A DNA stretch of 64,000 nucleotides from Eledone cirrhosa (lineage: Eukaryota): the NCBI GenBank assembly GCA_964016885.1, contig OZ024745.1, positions 119,040,001 through 119,104,000 on the forward strand. The letters run 5' to 3'. Under the pieces are notes generated by a model. The model did no database searches and was not told the origin of the DNA. It saw nothing but the letters and a program-made list of their open reading frames with translations. Below are positions 13,396 to 27,870 of this stretch, piece by piece. The first letter of the stretch is position 1; each line of letters opens with the position of its first letter. Made by a program: the position numbers and the translations under genes.

Positions 13396-13884
13396 CACCA
13401 TGTATGTATGTAATTATGTAAGTATGTATGTATGTATGTATGCCTGTGTGTATATTTATAAGAATGGTTGTGTATCAATATGTACGTTTGTGTGTGAGTT
13501 TGTATGTTTATGGCGACACGTGTACATGTCTATGCGTGTGTGTATGTAGATTGTGTGCGTTTGTGGACTTGTCTCTGTGTGTTTGTGTGTGTGGATTGTG
13601 TGTGTGTATGGATTGTGTGTGTGTGTGTGTGTGTGGATTGTGTGTATGAGATTCCTCAAATATTTAACGTTCTTGTAGTGATATTCCAACAATTGAGGGT
13701 GATTACAGTTTAGGCTCCCGCCCAGTTAATTACAGGTTAATTAAATGAGAGGGCGGTTCTGTTTAGAAGTCCATCAGATGGGTTGCTTCTGTATTTCAAA
13801 GGCTCAGCCAAATCACGCACACAGAATGACATTAAGGTTACGCATGTCTGTCAAATGTTCAGCTACATACACGCTAATTCATGA

Positions 13885-14267
13885 GCAGGCTGTTCCATTG
13901 ACCAAAAAAACTGCAACACTCATCGTAGAAACCGACGGAGGTCCGTTCTATGATTATATCACATTCTATTGTGTTATCAAATATGAAATTTGTAGAAATT
14001 TGTTTTTTTATACACATTTCTAAAAAATTCATACTTGACGACTCAATAATAGCAGGCTGTTCCATTGACGTAGAAATCGACGGAGGCCCGTTCTATGATC
14101 ATATCACATTCTATTAGCACGCAGTTCCTTTGACCAAATAACTGGAACACTCATCGTAGAAATCGACGGAGGTCCGTACTATGTTTATATCTCATTCTAT
14201 TAGCCGGCCTGGAACACTCATCGTAGAAACCGGTGAAGGTCCGTTCTATGATTATATCACATTCTAC
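13885..14267. repeat. Four direct copies of a ~55-bp unit (CACTCATCGTAGAAACCGACGGAGGTCCGTTCTATGATTATATCACATTCTA)
   Basis: Copies near 13917, 14068, 14148 and 14215. Confidence 0.9.
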
Positions 14268-14759
14268 TTAACCCCTAGCTATATATCTCTGCTGCAAGGT
14301 GAAAGGGAGAAAACCATGAGCAAACCCAATGAAGCTTACTTTATTCTTTGAGTCGATCTATATTTGTAATTACTGGGTTGATAAAATACACACGGATCAT
14401 AGATGAACCCCTCCCTCCCACTACCACCACCACCACCATACTGAAGCTTCATAAGTCAACCGCTTTGTTTACACTTCTAGCAAAAGTCAGTATTTTCTAA
14501 AAGAACAAAAGTGGTGGTTAGCCACTCTTTAGCGTAATGTTTAGAGCCGTCGCCCGTCATCTGAGAGTTGTGAGGTTCAATTCATCGCAGGCGCCTCTGT
14601 CCACTTTTCTCCGTCTCCAGCGGTGCTTTACCCAATTTTGACAATTATTGTTTATAGTGGTAGACTATCTAAACTATAATAAAGGAAGGTCTGCGGGATT
14701 GCGTACGGGTTATTTATTTTTATCCCGTTTGTAAAATAAGTTGGATTACTTTGAATAAA

Positions 14760-14938
14760 TAATTGTTTCTACTTTAGGCACAAGGCCATCAATTACCCAG
14801 TGCATTACTGGTACTTTATTTTATCGACCCCGTAAGGATGAAAGGCAAAGTCAACCTCGGCGGGATTTGAACTCAGATCGTAAAGGGACGTAACTATGTT
14901 GGAAAGCATGGCGTCCGACCCTCTACCGATATTGCCAA
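14760..14938 (-). mobile_element. Family-A SINE
   Basis: Reverse complement of family consensus. Confidence 0.85.
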
Positions 14939-15065
14939 ATGAATGAATATTACAAAATTTACCTACTAAATTTCGTGGCTGTTCATTAAATATATTTTGT
15001 TTATTTAAAGATTCACTTCTTTAAAATTTCTGAAATGTCAACACTTCCGGTGGCGATCGCTTAAA

Positions 15066-15168
<103 letters not shown>

Positions 15169-15599
15169 AGTGTGCGTATGTATGTGTGTGTCCGTCGGGG
15201 CATACGTATGTACTGGTCTAAATCTTCACTATTTACTTTTACTATTTTAATAACCTCTGTCATTTTCGTTTTCAATTTTATTTACATCATTCTTAAACTC
15301 TGGGGCTGGAAATCATTCTGTTATTTTAAATAGAATATTAGTCTAACGACTCCATTTATACCATAAACTTGGTCTTGTCTTTGCATGAAATTGTTCTTTA
15401 CGCTCCACATAACGATGTATTATCCTCGCTTTTTTCCCGTTGATTGCCAGGGAACGTCTTCACGAACCCAAATATCGTCTTCCTGTTTTCGTTCGGCTGC
15501 AACGTTTCTCGAAATATTTACTTCTGCGTTCACAGATTACTTTCAGTTCAATTTGAATGGGAAATTCCTGTTTCATCGATTTTCTCCGTAACCATGGAA

Positions 15600-16250
15600 G
15601 CTTGTAGTAGCCAAAAGTTTATTAACAGCGAAATAACGTTGTCTTTGATATGTTATTTTAAATAAGACAATGAATTGAAAAATACTACTTACTGTTAGTG
15701 GTGGTTAACATGTATTAGAAATAAAATGAAAATGATATCTGAAAAAACGTACTTGAGAACATGACTCCCTTTTTCGCAATTTAAGGGTTTTATTTCTATT
15801 GATGGAAAACAGTGACTGTTTTCGGTTTGGCATTTCGTAAAATGGTACTGCAGAATTGATTTCATAAAACGGTACTGTATGATAGTTTGCACTTTGATTG
15901 CCCTGGTCAGCAAGAGGGGCCTCTATATATTAGATATTTATTAGAAGAGGGGGAAATAACTAACCCCAGTATTAGAACAGGGGTTCGCAATGTAAGGGTT
16001 TTATTTCTTTTGTTAGAAAACAGTTACTTTTTCGTTTTGGCATTTCGTAAAATTCTACTGCAGAATCGATTTCATAAAACAGTACTGTATGATTGTTATA
16101 GAATTATTTAAATTTAATATAGAGCAATTGTATTTTAAAAATAAAAATGAAACGTACTGTAGTAGCCAAAAGTTTATTAACAGCGAAATAACGTTGTCTT
16201 TGATATGTTTTTTTAGACAAAAGTTTTAGAACAGGGGGAAATAACTCACC
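15600..16250. repeat. Internal direct duplications in an unclassified repeat
   Basis: TGTAGTAGCCAAAAGTTTATTAACAGCGAAATAACGTTGTCTTTGATATG near 15604 and 16158; 15780-15885 resembles 15992-16095. Confidence 0.75.
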
Positions 16251-16664
16251 GAACGCGATAGTTTTGGGGCCGCAGGGACCACATTTTTCAAGTTAGAGAT
16301 TTGAAACCTCGTCTATTTGCTTCCTTGGCACTTTTTACATAGGTGTGTAAATTTTCATGTCCGTCCGACCACGTCTACTACCATTTAACCGTGCAAATCT
16401 GAATTTCAACCACCGCCCATATCACAAATATATATTAGATATCGTCTTTTTTGAATGTATGATGGATTACGTTACATAAGACAATTTAACGCAGTCTTCG
16501 TTCAATGTCTGTATTATATATTGTCAATTACGATTTTATTTGATGTATCATATCTACATGTATATATACCTGCGTATAATATCAATATACACACTACACA
16601 TGCTAGCAGAAAAACCACCCGAAGGGTGATATTTCTGATAGTTATTGTAATGTTCTGCGATGAA

Positions 16665-16950
16665 TTGCCAGTATCGGGGGAGCGTCTGACACCATGCTTT
16701 ACAGCATAGAGATATGGCCCTTTACGTTCTGAGTAACAAAAATTATTATCACAAGAGCGGGCGGTGGATTGGCAGTATCGGAAGAGCGTCTGACACCATG
16801 ATTTACAGCATAGAGGTATGGCCCTTTACGTTCTGAGTTCAATTCCCGCCGAGGTTAACTTTGTCTTTTATCCTTACGGGGTCGATAAAATAAAGTACCA
16901 GTAATACACTGTGGTATTTGCTGGCCTTGTGCCTAAAGTAGAAACAATAA
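16665..16950 (+). mobile_element. Family-A SINE preceded by a duplicated head
   Basis: Head at 16665-16735 repeated at 16760. Confidence 0.8.
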
Positions 16951-17762
16951 TTGCAACGTTCTGCGTCAGATGTTCATTGCACACACACATACGTGCACAC
17001 ACGCACAAACACACACACACTCTCTCTCACACACGCACACTCTCACACACGTGCACGCACACGCATACATAAACACACACTCTCACACACACGCACGCAT
17101 ACAGTCACGCACACACTCAAACAATGCACACATTCACAGCATGCATACACACAAACTATACACTCCATGCTTAGATACATACACGCTATGCACACACACA
17201 GACTCGATACAAACACACTCAAACATTCAAACCATGCACACATACACAATGGCATATACATTCAAACCATGCACACACACACACACGTCATACGCACACA
17301 CAAACCCATTATGCACACACACACAGGTACACACACACAGGTACACACATTTACATGCATACGCATTGCACATATTTTATTTGTATGAAATATTAGTTAA
17401 ATATGTAAGAATGTTGATTTGTCTAATGTTCACTGCCTCCAGCTATTAGTCTTCCTACAGCTTCACAAGTATTAAAAGCAAATCAGTCCCCAACAACGAT
17501 ATTATATAAATGAAATTTAGGAAAAATAAAAACCAAAACGAATTTTTAAAAATCAGAAAACTTAAAAGAAAAATCTTAACGTCTAGTGGCAGAAGCGCTA
17601 AACTTAAAATTTGAAAATTTACTTGTCATTTTATTTTTATTATTAATTTAATTTCCAACTGAAATATACTGCCTAACTATAATGTTCAGTTTCCTTCACG
17701 CTATCTTGTCTCCCCTTTTTTCATTATTTCATTTTTCCCTTTTTATTATTTTAATCCTTAAA

Positions 17763-18012
17763 AGGGCGGTGGATTGGCAGTATTAGTAGGGCAGAGGATT
17801 GGCAGAAACCAATAGAGTGTCGGACAACATACTTTGCAGCATAGATTTATGGCCCTTTACGTTCTGAGTTCAAATCCTGCCAAGGTTAGCTTTGCCTTTC
17901 ATCCTTACGGGGTCGATAAAATAAAGTACCAGTAAAATGCACTGAAGTCGATTTAATCAACTTTCCCCTCCCCCCAAATTGCAGGCCTTGTTCCTATATA
18001 AGAAACCATTAT
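17763..18012 (+). mobile_element. Family-A SINE with probable target-site duplication
   Basis: ATTATTTTAATCCTTAAAAG present on both sides. Confidence 0.85.
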
Positions 18013-19953
18013 TTTAATCCTTAAAAGAAGAAAATACTTTCATCATTGTTTTGTATACGTTTCCAGAATAAATCCCCTTTCAGTCACATCCTAGTTTCAT
18101 ATCAACTTCGTCGACAAAATTGTTAACAGTGCTATTACTAGTCGCCTCATTCATTTAACTGTACTCTCTTCTTCAAAATGTCTATCGATTTCCCAGGTCA
18201 TGTTGTATTGATAATTAAATAATTTCACTATGAAATGAAACATGGCTCAATGTCAATGAGAACAAGGCGGGAGTCAATTCTGAAGAGAATGTTGTCAAAC
18301 AGAGTGGTATCTTTGCACTAATTCTCATTTTCTTTGTATTTGTCTGCCACTACCACTCATGATTTTGCCTCTCCTGGAATAAAAGTGAGGAACCGAACTT
18401 CATTAATTTGCGATGTTTTGCAACCAATTCCAAGTCTTCCATTCTCCTGTTCAAGATCAATTTGAGGAGCACATCCAACTCCAAGTCTTTCACTCCCCGT
18501 TCGAGATCTATTTGAGGAGCCTTTAGATGTTGAAATATTGCTACAGCTTCAGAAAGCAACCGACTCCTTCAGGGCAATAGATTCTTGCATGACAACAGGC
18601 GGTTCAGAGGATGGTGTCAGGTGTACTGATTTTTCTTCTTTACTCTTCTGAGACACAAGTCTTCTACAAGTATCATGGAAATGTTCTTCACGCTTTCATC
18701 AGAAATGTTTAAGACATATTCTGAATTTAGCTGCACCTCACCAACTCCAAACACTGGCATCGGAAGGGACCCAACGTCTTCATAATTAAAGCAATGATAC
18801 GTATTTGTTTACGTTGGCCTGGACAACTTGTATGAATGAATGAACAGAAGAACCAAATGCAGATGCTGCATGGGGGAGTTTGTAAGCAGAAAGTGCATCC
18901 AGCATAAACCAAGCCTGAAGTTGAAGGACTGTGTAAACTCATTTTTGAATGAATTTGAAACACGGGGGCAGGACAAATGGGAAAGAATCACTCTTCATCG
19001 TCACCAATGGAGAGAATAGATTAAGGATAGTACAGATATTTTTGAAAAAAGTGCAAAAATTTAAGTGAGCTGCACGAAAAGGAACAATCTGAGAAGAGAA
19101 TAGAGTAAACTTGATATGTGGAATATCTGGTCATATATATCTTTCCAAGACTGATCTGATCAGTCACCAACGAAATAATCGGACCAAACAAAAACAACAG
19201 TAATTTCACGAAATATGCAACTTGTAGTTTATGTGGGAAGGTCTATTGGTTGATTAAACAGACACATTGCCATACATCAGAATACACTTCAGTATACTGA
19301 TATGCACATGCACATATGCATCAGTGATAGTTCGGTCAAAGGGCATGAAGAAGTTTGGCAGGTTTAAAAAGCCGCTGTTGAGAACGCACATTACACACGT
19401 TGTCGATGTACCTCGGTCGGTTTTAAGGATGCAATGTTGTAGTTGTTTCAACAAAGGAACAGACTACTCGTGAAATTAATCAGCAAGTGGCTGAGCATTC
19501 CATAAACACGTATACCATTAATGGAATTCTCAAAGAGATTTAGCTTGACAGAGAGTGTACCAGGTTGGCTTTTTGAATTACAGTTACAACTTATTTTTGC
19601 TGGAGAAATGTGAAATAAAGTGTTTTGTTCAAGGACACAAGGCACTGCCGAACAGAGCAGCTACTGAACCACGTGCTTTCACACGAAAATATTAATTCAT
19701 TTCAAAGTACGGCCTACCCCGAGTTACCCGCTTCAGTCACCTTCTTTAACACGAAAGATATGACCGTGTAAAGTATTTTGCTTCGTAGACACGAGATTTC
19801 AGGTTCGATCTAACTGCGCGGCTCCAGAGTCAAGTGTTTATAATAGGTTCTATATGATCTATAACATATTAGTGGAAGGAAACTGTACAGAAATTCACCA
19901 CCTCTCACTCTCTCTCTCTCTGCTAGTGTCTCTGTTTATCTGCCCCAGTCTCC

Positions 19954-20058
<105 letters not shown>

Positions 20059-20063
20059 TTTCT

Positions 20064-20116
<53 letters not shown>

Positions 20117-20119
<3 letters not shown>

Positions 20120-20595
20120 ATATATAAAACGGTAGATGTCTGTCTGTGTGTGTGTATGATTTTTATGCATTTCCACATTTCTCTACCGATTTTGATGATT
20201 TTTTTCCAAAGTGCTCCAAATTTACCAAGGATGGTCAACGCGTAATAAATTTTGCCAAAAGTTTCCTGCTTCTATGAAAAGAAATCGATAAATCTAAATA
20301 CATGCTGTAACCCTCTCTCTTACACGCTTCATTCCTCTCACTACTACCACCAAAAATCTATGAAACTACATACATGTTGCAACTCTCTCTCTATATATAT
20401 CACACACACACACACACACACATACATCTAAAGAGAGAATGGGAGATGTAGAGAGAGAGAGAGTGAGATAGGTCGTTATACAGAGAGAGGTACAAGATAA
20501 TCAGATAGAGAGAGAGAGAGAGAGAGAGAATGGCGACGAACGCTGGTTCACACACATACACACACACAAACAAACACATATATATATATAAAGAC

Positions 20596-20644
<49 letters not shown>

Positions 20645-21183
20645 CGTTCTTTATTGTTCTCCATTCTGTAGAAGAAGAGACAGAGAGGGTGTATGAGTGA
20701 GAGAGAGAGAGAAAGAGAAAGAGAGGGTATCAGAAAAAAGGGAGAGGGAGTTGAGAAAGAAAGAAAGTTTAAGCAAAGAATCGCTGCTTTCAACATTGGT
20801 CTTTTTGCTTACACGCCTCAAGGGATGACACGCAATATCGTCTACAAAGAGGTGCTATAAATGTTGGTGCAGGTGTTGGAGGTGTTGGAGTTATGCTGTC
20901 TGGATCACTATTTCCTGGTAGGGTATCCCATGGCGGACAGATCTGACACCCAGCGGCATCAGGGCCACCATCTTGCAACTTTGGTCTACTATATTTGCTA
21001 TTGGAAGATTATTAACCCATCATTGATTGTCCAAAATGCTAATTGGTTCGTAACTTTTAATAACCGGTTCAACTGCTTTATGCACTTAATTGATAAGCTT
21101 ATTCGCTTTCAAGCCACGTTTACCTGTATGTAACTTTTCATAGCAAATGAACAAACCCGAGCAACGCCGGGCTAAACTGCTAG
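20117..21183 (+). mobile_element. Non-autonomous Helitron A
   Basis: 5' A|TCTATATATAAAACGG; 3' hairpin CCCGAGCAACGCCGGG then CTAG|T; keeps the last codons of the helicase. Confidence 0.85.
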
Positions 21184-24100
21184 TATATATATAAAGCTGA
21201 GGATGGGTGTGTTAAAATTTGTAACGTAGGCACGTCCACAATTTCCAACGGATTCTATTCAAAGTCGGGACAATTATTGCTTTTGGTCAGGAAAAGGTCA
21301 TGAAGCAAAGAAATCTCAAATCCACCAACAATAAGGGCAAAAATCGATCATGATCATTCCCCCTCTCTATAATTTAACTGCTTTACTTTCTCTGTCGCTC
21401 TTCACTCCCTATATGACAACACTGCAGAGAGAGAAACAATGTATATGAGCAAATGGAGCGTTCCGTATATTCCCTCTCTCTATAATTTAACTGTTTTACT
21501 CTCTCTGTCGCTCTTCACTCCCTATATGACAACACTGCAGTGGAGCATTCCGTATTGACTACGGCTTATCTAGGGCATTTTCAATCGGCTTATTGCAAAT
21601 AACAACCCGCAAAATAACACTTCATATAACAGATTAATGCTATAGACATATGAATCGGAATGTAACCCGTGAACGTTTTCCTGGGCAAAATTATTCGAAC
21701 AGACATGACCTCATTGCCAGAGTGTTCAGACTGAAACTGGCTAAACTCATGGCTTTAATCAAAAAGGGTCAGGTATTTGGGGCTGTAAAATGTGACATAT
21801 TCACCGTCGAATGGCAAAAACGAGGGCTGCCACATGCTCACATTTTGATTTGGTTAGCTGATAAAATCAATTCAAATGACAGCTTCAGTTCGGCTGAAAT
21901 CCCTAACCCAGCAACTGACCAGGAATTACATGACATCGTCAAAGCTAACATGGTCCGTGTGCGTCGGGTCCTAATGAGCATCACACGTGTCTGAAAGGGG
22001 GATACCCCCCAAAATTTGTTGACCAGACTCAGGCTGGTGGCGACGGGTAGCCTCTGTACAGGCGGAGACGGCCCGAGAACGGTGGCTTCACCACAACAGT
22101 AAAGGGAGGTCAAGTCGACAATAGATGGGTGGTCCCTTACTGCCCGCTTCTCTTGAAGAAGTTCAACGCCCACATCAACGTTGAGTTTTGCAACATCGTC
22201 AAGTCGACAAAATACATATGCAAATATATTAATAAGGGCTCTGATGCCGCAATGTTCGCATTTCAAGCTGAAAATAGCAGGGACGAGGTCACAGAATACC
22301 TGGCGGGGCGGTACATCAGTAGCAATAAAGCTTTTTGGCGCCTATTTAGTTTACCCCTACACCAACATCTTGCGGTACATTTGGAAAATGGGCAAAGGGT
22401 TTACTTTACGGACCAAACCGCCGCCAAGTTAGCCGCCGATCCGAAAGAGACCACTCTGACGGGTTTCTTCAAACTTTGCCAGTTCGATAGATTTGTCCAA
22501 ACAATTGTGTACTCCCAGGTTCCATCCTACTTTATAGGGCCGAAAAACACTTGGGTGCGAAGAAAGTCAGGCCAGGCTGTTGAAAGACATCCTGGTGTAA
22601 ATTTGACAGCTGTCTTGGAAGGGTTTACACTGTGCCCCCAAGTCAGCATGAGTGCTTTCATCTCCGCCTTCTCCTGCATGAAGTTGTAGGCCCACAAAGT
22701 TTTCAGGACCTCAAAACTGTTGATGGAGAAATATGTGATACGTACCGGGAAGCCTGCTTTAAGCGTGGTCTTTTGGAAGATGATTCGCAATGGGATACCA
22801 CTTTAGCAGAGGGTGCTTTGTTGAAATCACCTAAATGTCTATGGGAACTCTTTGCACTTTTGCTTCAAAAGTGTGAATTGGGTGATCCCAAATCTTTATG
22901 GGTCAAGTACAGAGACTTCATGTCTGAGGACTTCCTGCGCCTGGCTCATCTGCAGTATATTTCAATGGAAGTTGGTTACAGTGACATTATCTACAACAGG
23001 GCACTCATTGATATCGAGGACGCCCTCCTCGACATGGGTGGCAGTGAGTTGGCGACGTATGGCTTGCCGTCAACCGTCAGAGAGGAAGCTAACACGTTGG
23101 CCCCGGATTTGTTGCGGGAAATAGCATTTGACATCGAATCTCTTTCCAAATACTTAGAGGAAAATGAGCCCAACTTCTGTCTGACCAAAGGTTGGCCTAT
23201 TTAACTATTATTGACGCGGTTCAAAATCAGACTGGGGGTATTTACTCTCTCGATGCTCCTGGGGGTACCGGAAAAACTTTTGTAACAAAATTGATTCTCG
23301 CTAAGATTCGTCAGGAGAAAAAAATTGTGTTGGCCGTTGCATCGTCCGGGATCGCTGCTATTTTGCTGCCGTGAGGTAGGACAGCACATTCAACCTTTAA
23401 ACTCCCCTTGGATTTAGTAAAAACTAAGACACCAACATGCAATATCAGCAAGAGTTCACACCAAGCTCTGGTTCTCAAAAAATGTTGCCTCATTGTTTGG
23501 GATGAGTGCACAATGGCACACAAGGGTGCCCTAGAGGCATTGAACAGTACCCTGAAAGACATTAGGGATTCTACGGCTCCTGTGGGTGGCCTAACTCTTC
23601 TGCTATCAGGGGATTTTCGGAAAACGCTGCCTGTCATCGACAAAGGTAAAAGAGCTGATGAAGTGCGTGCCTACCTTAATGCGTCCATGTTGTGGCTCCA
23701 GATGAAGAGTTTGTACCTGAGCACAAAAATGCGTCCTCATTTGCATAGTGACAACATGTCTGCAGCATTTGCTCAGAACATTTTAGCACTTGGTGAGGGC
23801 AAGGTCCCTGCGGATGACAAGGGCGGCAGAGCAATCGACTCCCTGTGCACCATTCTGAGCAGCCCTTCTCACCTTTGGGAAGCAGTTTTTCCTAATGTCT
23901 CATCTAACTTTAAAAACCTCGATTGGATCAGCGAAAGAGCCATCCTTGCTCCGAAAAATACCAGCAGCTGATTGAGAAGATTCCCGGTAAAGAGCACATC
24001 CTCAAATCTATCGACCGGACGTCAGACCCCGACGATATCGTTAATTATCCGGTTGAATTATTAAATTCCCTTGAGCCTCCAGGGTTCTCACCTCACATTC

Positions 24101-24834
24101 TTAAACTTAGGGTTGGCTATCCCATTATGCTAATAAGGAACTTGCGTCCACCAAAGCAGTGCAACGGTACTCGCATGGTCATCAAGTCACTAACGCCCCA
24201 CTTGATTGAGGCCACCATTGTAACGGGTGCGGGCGAAGGGAGAATGTTTTCATTCCAAGGATGAACCTTTTCCCCTCGGCGTCAGATATCCCGTTCGATT
24301 TCCGGCGATCCCAATTCCCGGTGAGACCATGTTTTGCCATGTCCATTAATAAGTCACAAGGGCAAACATTATCGGTGGCGGGCATCCATTTGGGGAAGCC
24401 ATGCTTCTACCATGGCCAACTTTATGTTGCCTGTTCCCGCGTAGGGAGCAGGAATGGACCTTTTGCTTACACTCCTCAATGGATGACACGAAATATCGTC
24501 TACAAAGAGGTGCTATAGATGTTGGTGCAGGTGTTGGAGGTGTTGGAGTTATGCTGTCTGGAAAACTGATAGGGTCACCCATAGTGGACAGATCTGACAC
24601 CCAGCGGCATCAGGGCCACCATCTTGCAACTTTGGTCTACTAAATTCGCTATTGGAAGATTATTAACCCATCATTGATTGTCCAAAATGCTAATTGGTTC
24701 GTAACTTTTAATAACCGGTTCAACTGCTTTATGCACTTAATTGATAAGCTTATTCGCTTTCAAGCCACGTTTACCTGTATGTAACTTTTCATAGCAAATG
24801 AACAAACCCGAGCAACGCCGGGGTAAACTGCTAG
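21184..24834 (+). mobile_element. Helitron B carrying degraded RepHel
   Basis: Abuts the CTAG of Helitron A; ends with hairpin and CTAG|T at 24831-24834. Confidence 0.9.
21662..24518 (+). pseudogene. Helitron Rep (HUH/Y2) - PIF1 helicase, frameshifted and 5'-deleted
   Basis: VEWQKRGLPHAHILIW (HUH), KYICKYINKG (Y2), DAPGGTGKT (Walker A), IVWDEC, LSGDFR, NGTR, QFPVRPCFAMSINKSQGQTL, HGQLYVACSRV. Confidence 0.95.
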
Positions 24835-24924
24835 TATATATATAGAGTTCAAGGAAACGACAAAACGGAGGTACAAAAGGTCTTATTTGTTTCACGCTTT
24901 ATATGGAAAAGGGGAAAGCATATA

Positions 24925-26675
24925 TCTCTCTATATATAAAACGGGAGATGTCTGTCTGTGTGTGTGTATGATTTTTATGCATTTCCACATTTCTCTACCG
25001 ATTTTGATGATTTTTTTCCAATGTGCTCCAAATTTACCAACTATGGTCAACGCGAAATAAAGTTTGTCGAAAATTTCCTGCTTCTATGAAAAAAATCTAT
25101 AAAACTAAATACATGCTGTAACTCTCTCTCTTACACGCTTAATCTCTCTCTCTACTACCCTCAACAATCTATGAAACTACATACATGTTGCAACTCTGTT
25201 TAAAAGGTTCATCCCTCCCTCTAATCCCCTCTAAATATCCTCTGCAACTCTCCATAAAAGGTTCATCCCTCCCTCTACTCCCCTCTCAATCTCCTCTGCA
25301 ACTCTATTGTAAAGGTTAATGCCTCCCTCTACTACTCTATCACCATTACAGTTTACAACAACGACAAAACTTCATTCAGGAACGCGACATAAACTTTGTA
25401 AACTAAGCAACACATCAATTTATACAACAACAAACATAGCTTTACTCTATCCGTCGCTCTTTCCTCTCTCTATAATAGATTATTCCTCCTCTCTATAATT
25501 TAACTGATTTACTCTCTTCATGCTTTGAGGTTTAACACACCTTCCTATAGTTTCTTAGCTTTACTCTCTCCGTCGCTCTTCCCTCTCTCTATAATAGATC
25601 ATTCCTTCTCTCTATAATTTAACTACTTTTCTCTCTTCATGCTTTGAGGTTTAACACACCTCCCTATAGTTTCTTAGCTTTACTCTCTCTGTCGCTCTTC
25701 CCTCTCTCTATAATTTAACTGCTTTACTTTCTCTGTCGCTCTTCACTCTCTATATGACAACACTGTTTTACACCCCCCCTATAGTTTCTTAGCTTTACTC
25801 TCTCCGTCGCTCTTCCCCCTCTCTATAATAGATTATTCCCCCTCTCTATAATTTAACTGCTGGGGGAGTCATTGGAGTTCCGTATTGACATACGGCTTTT
25901 TTGGGGCATTTTAAATCGGCTTATTGCAAATAACAACCCGCAAAATAATACTTCATATAACAGATTAATGCTATAGACATATGAATCGGAATGTTTAAAT
26001 TATTTATTTTTTACGACTTTAATTGGTTAAATATTAATATGACAACACCCATAGTGTTGTACTTCTGGCAATTCAGCCGAATACACTGCCAAGGATGAAC
26101 CTTTTCCCCTCGGCGTCAGATACCTCGTTCGATTTCCGGCGATCCTAATTCCCGGTGAGACCATGTTTTGCCATGTCCATTAATAAGTCACAAGGGCAAA
26201 CATTGTCGGTGGCGGGCATCCATTTGGGGAAGCCATGCTTCTACCATGGCCAACTTTATGTTGCCTGTTCCCGCGTAGGGAGCAGGAATGGACTTTTTGC
26301 TTACACTCCTCAAGGGATGACACGAAATATCGTCTACAAAGAGGTGCTATGGATGTTGGCGCAGGTGTTGGAGGTGATGGAGCTATGCCGTCTGGAAAAC
26401 TATTTCCGGGTAGGGTCACCCATGGCGTACAGATCTGACACCCAGCGGCATCAGGGCCACCATCTTGCAACTTTGGTCTGCTAAATTCGCTATTGGAAGA
26501 TTATTAACCTATCATTGATTGTCCAAAATGCTAATTGGTTCGTAACTTTTAATAACCGGTTCAACTGCTTTATGCACTTAATTGATGAGCTTATTCGCTT
26601 TCAAGCCACGTTTACCTGTATGTAACTTTTCATAGCAAATGAACAAACCCGAGCAACGCCGGGCTAAACTGCTAG
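24925..26675 (+). mobile_element. Non-autonomous Helitron C with internal tandem repeats and helicase C-terminus
   Basis: 5' end matches A; minisatellites 25190-25860; 26090-26675 nearly identical to B's 3' end; CTAG|T terminus. Confidence 0.9.
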
Positions 26676-27179
26676 TATATATATATATATATATGCAAAC
26701 ACATACACACACATGTACACCCCTCCCATACGCACACACGTACTGCCTTCATACTCACACGTATTGCTCGATTCTAAGAATTTGTCTGAGAAAAGGAAAC
26801 AGAACTAATTTTAATAGAATCTGAATTTACTTAAAAATCTAACTAAATAACTTCATGTGTAGGGTAACAGATTTAAAACGTGGTTATCTCTGTTTTGAAC
26901 AGAAACTTTAAGAACTATTATATTTATTCCTCCGGGGAAACGCCTTCTCCATTCTGTCCGCCACGGCTGTGGGGAGGCCAGCACGTGGGACCCCATTTGC
27001 TCACCATACAGAGAGATGGGGAGGGCGAGAGAGATGGAGGCGATGACAGTGGGAGTTCAGCTCTTCCACGTTTGGACCATCCCCTTGTGGTTGTGTTTAT
27101 TATCTATAGAGTTCATTCTATTACCTAGCTCATTCTGAAATACAATACTGTTACCAAGGTAACATTTGTATGGTATGGT

Positions 27180-27490
27180 CCCATAACTCCTGATGGAGTC
27201 GTGGGGACGCCGTAAGGCACACGGCGTTTCTTGGGCATTTCATACCTGGCAGAGCTCCTTCCTTTTCTGGCCTCAGTACAGCACATTTATTGCAAAGAGG
27301 GATAGAAACTGAGAAAGAGATATAGAGGAAGAATCGACCCCGGTACTAAACTGATACATTTTTATCGACCTGGAAAGAATGAAAGGTAAAGTTGACCTCG
27401 GCGGGATTTGAACTCAGAGAGCTGAGAATCGGAATAAATACCAGAGAGCATTTTATCCGACGTTCTAACGACTCTGCCAATAGGCCGCCG
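27180..27490 (-). mobile_element. SINE subfamily B with structured 3' extension
   Basis: Homologous to 10910-11238. Confidence 0.75.
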
Positions 27491-27680
27491 TTCACGGTAA
27501 CATTGTGTTTCGACAAATTATAATCGATAAAATCAGTGTGAGATACAAATAATTACTAATGTCAATATGATCGACTGAAATCTTTGAAGCCAATGAACCA
27601 GCATAACCGCAGTCGGATCACTAAAACTCAGTAAAATAATAAAATAATAAAAAACACACGCACACACAGACACATACAAA

Positions 27681-27837
27681 TGTTTCCTCAGTACGTCCTT
27701 ATCAGATAAAATAAATTAATGTCTGACATACCTCAACTGTGCTGATGTCTTGCCAAGACTGGAATTGAACCATCAGCACAGTTGAGGTATGTCAGAGATC
27801 AATTTATTTTATCTGATGAGGACGTACTGAGGAAACA
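27681..27837. repeat. 67-bp-arm inverted repeat overlapping an HHR
   Basis: 27681-27747 is the near-perfect reverse complement of 27771-27837. Confidence 0.95.
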
Positions 27838-27870
27838 GCACAGTACCTCTGAAATATATATAATAAAATA
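27805..27870 (+). ncRNA. Minimal type-I hammerhead ribozyme (PLE type)
   Basis: TATTTTAT-CTGATGA-GGAcGTACTG...CAGTACcTCT-GAAA-TATATA-TA-ATAAAATA; 8-bp stem I, palindromic stem III, AUA triplet. Confidence 0.85.

Noticed and set aside
13885-14267. CRISPR-like repeat-spacer pattern
   Set aside because: Units ~55 bp and degenerate, spacers irregular and partly duplicated, eukaryotic context, no cas genes
21650-24518. Active Helitron or host PIF1 gene
   Set aside because: Multiple frameshifts and stops, N-terminal Rep missing, bounded by a Helitron 3' terminus
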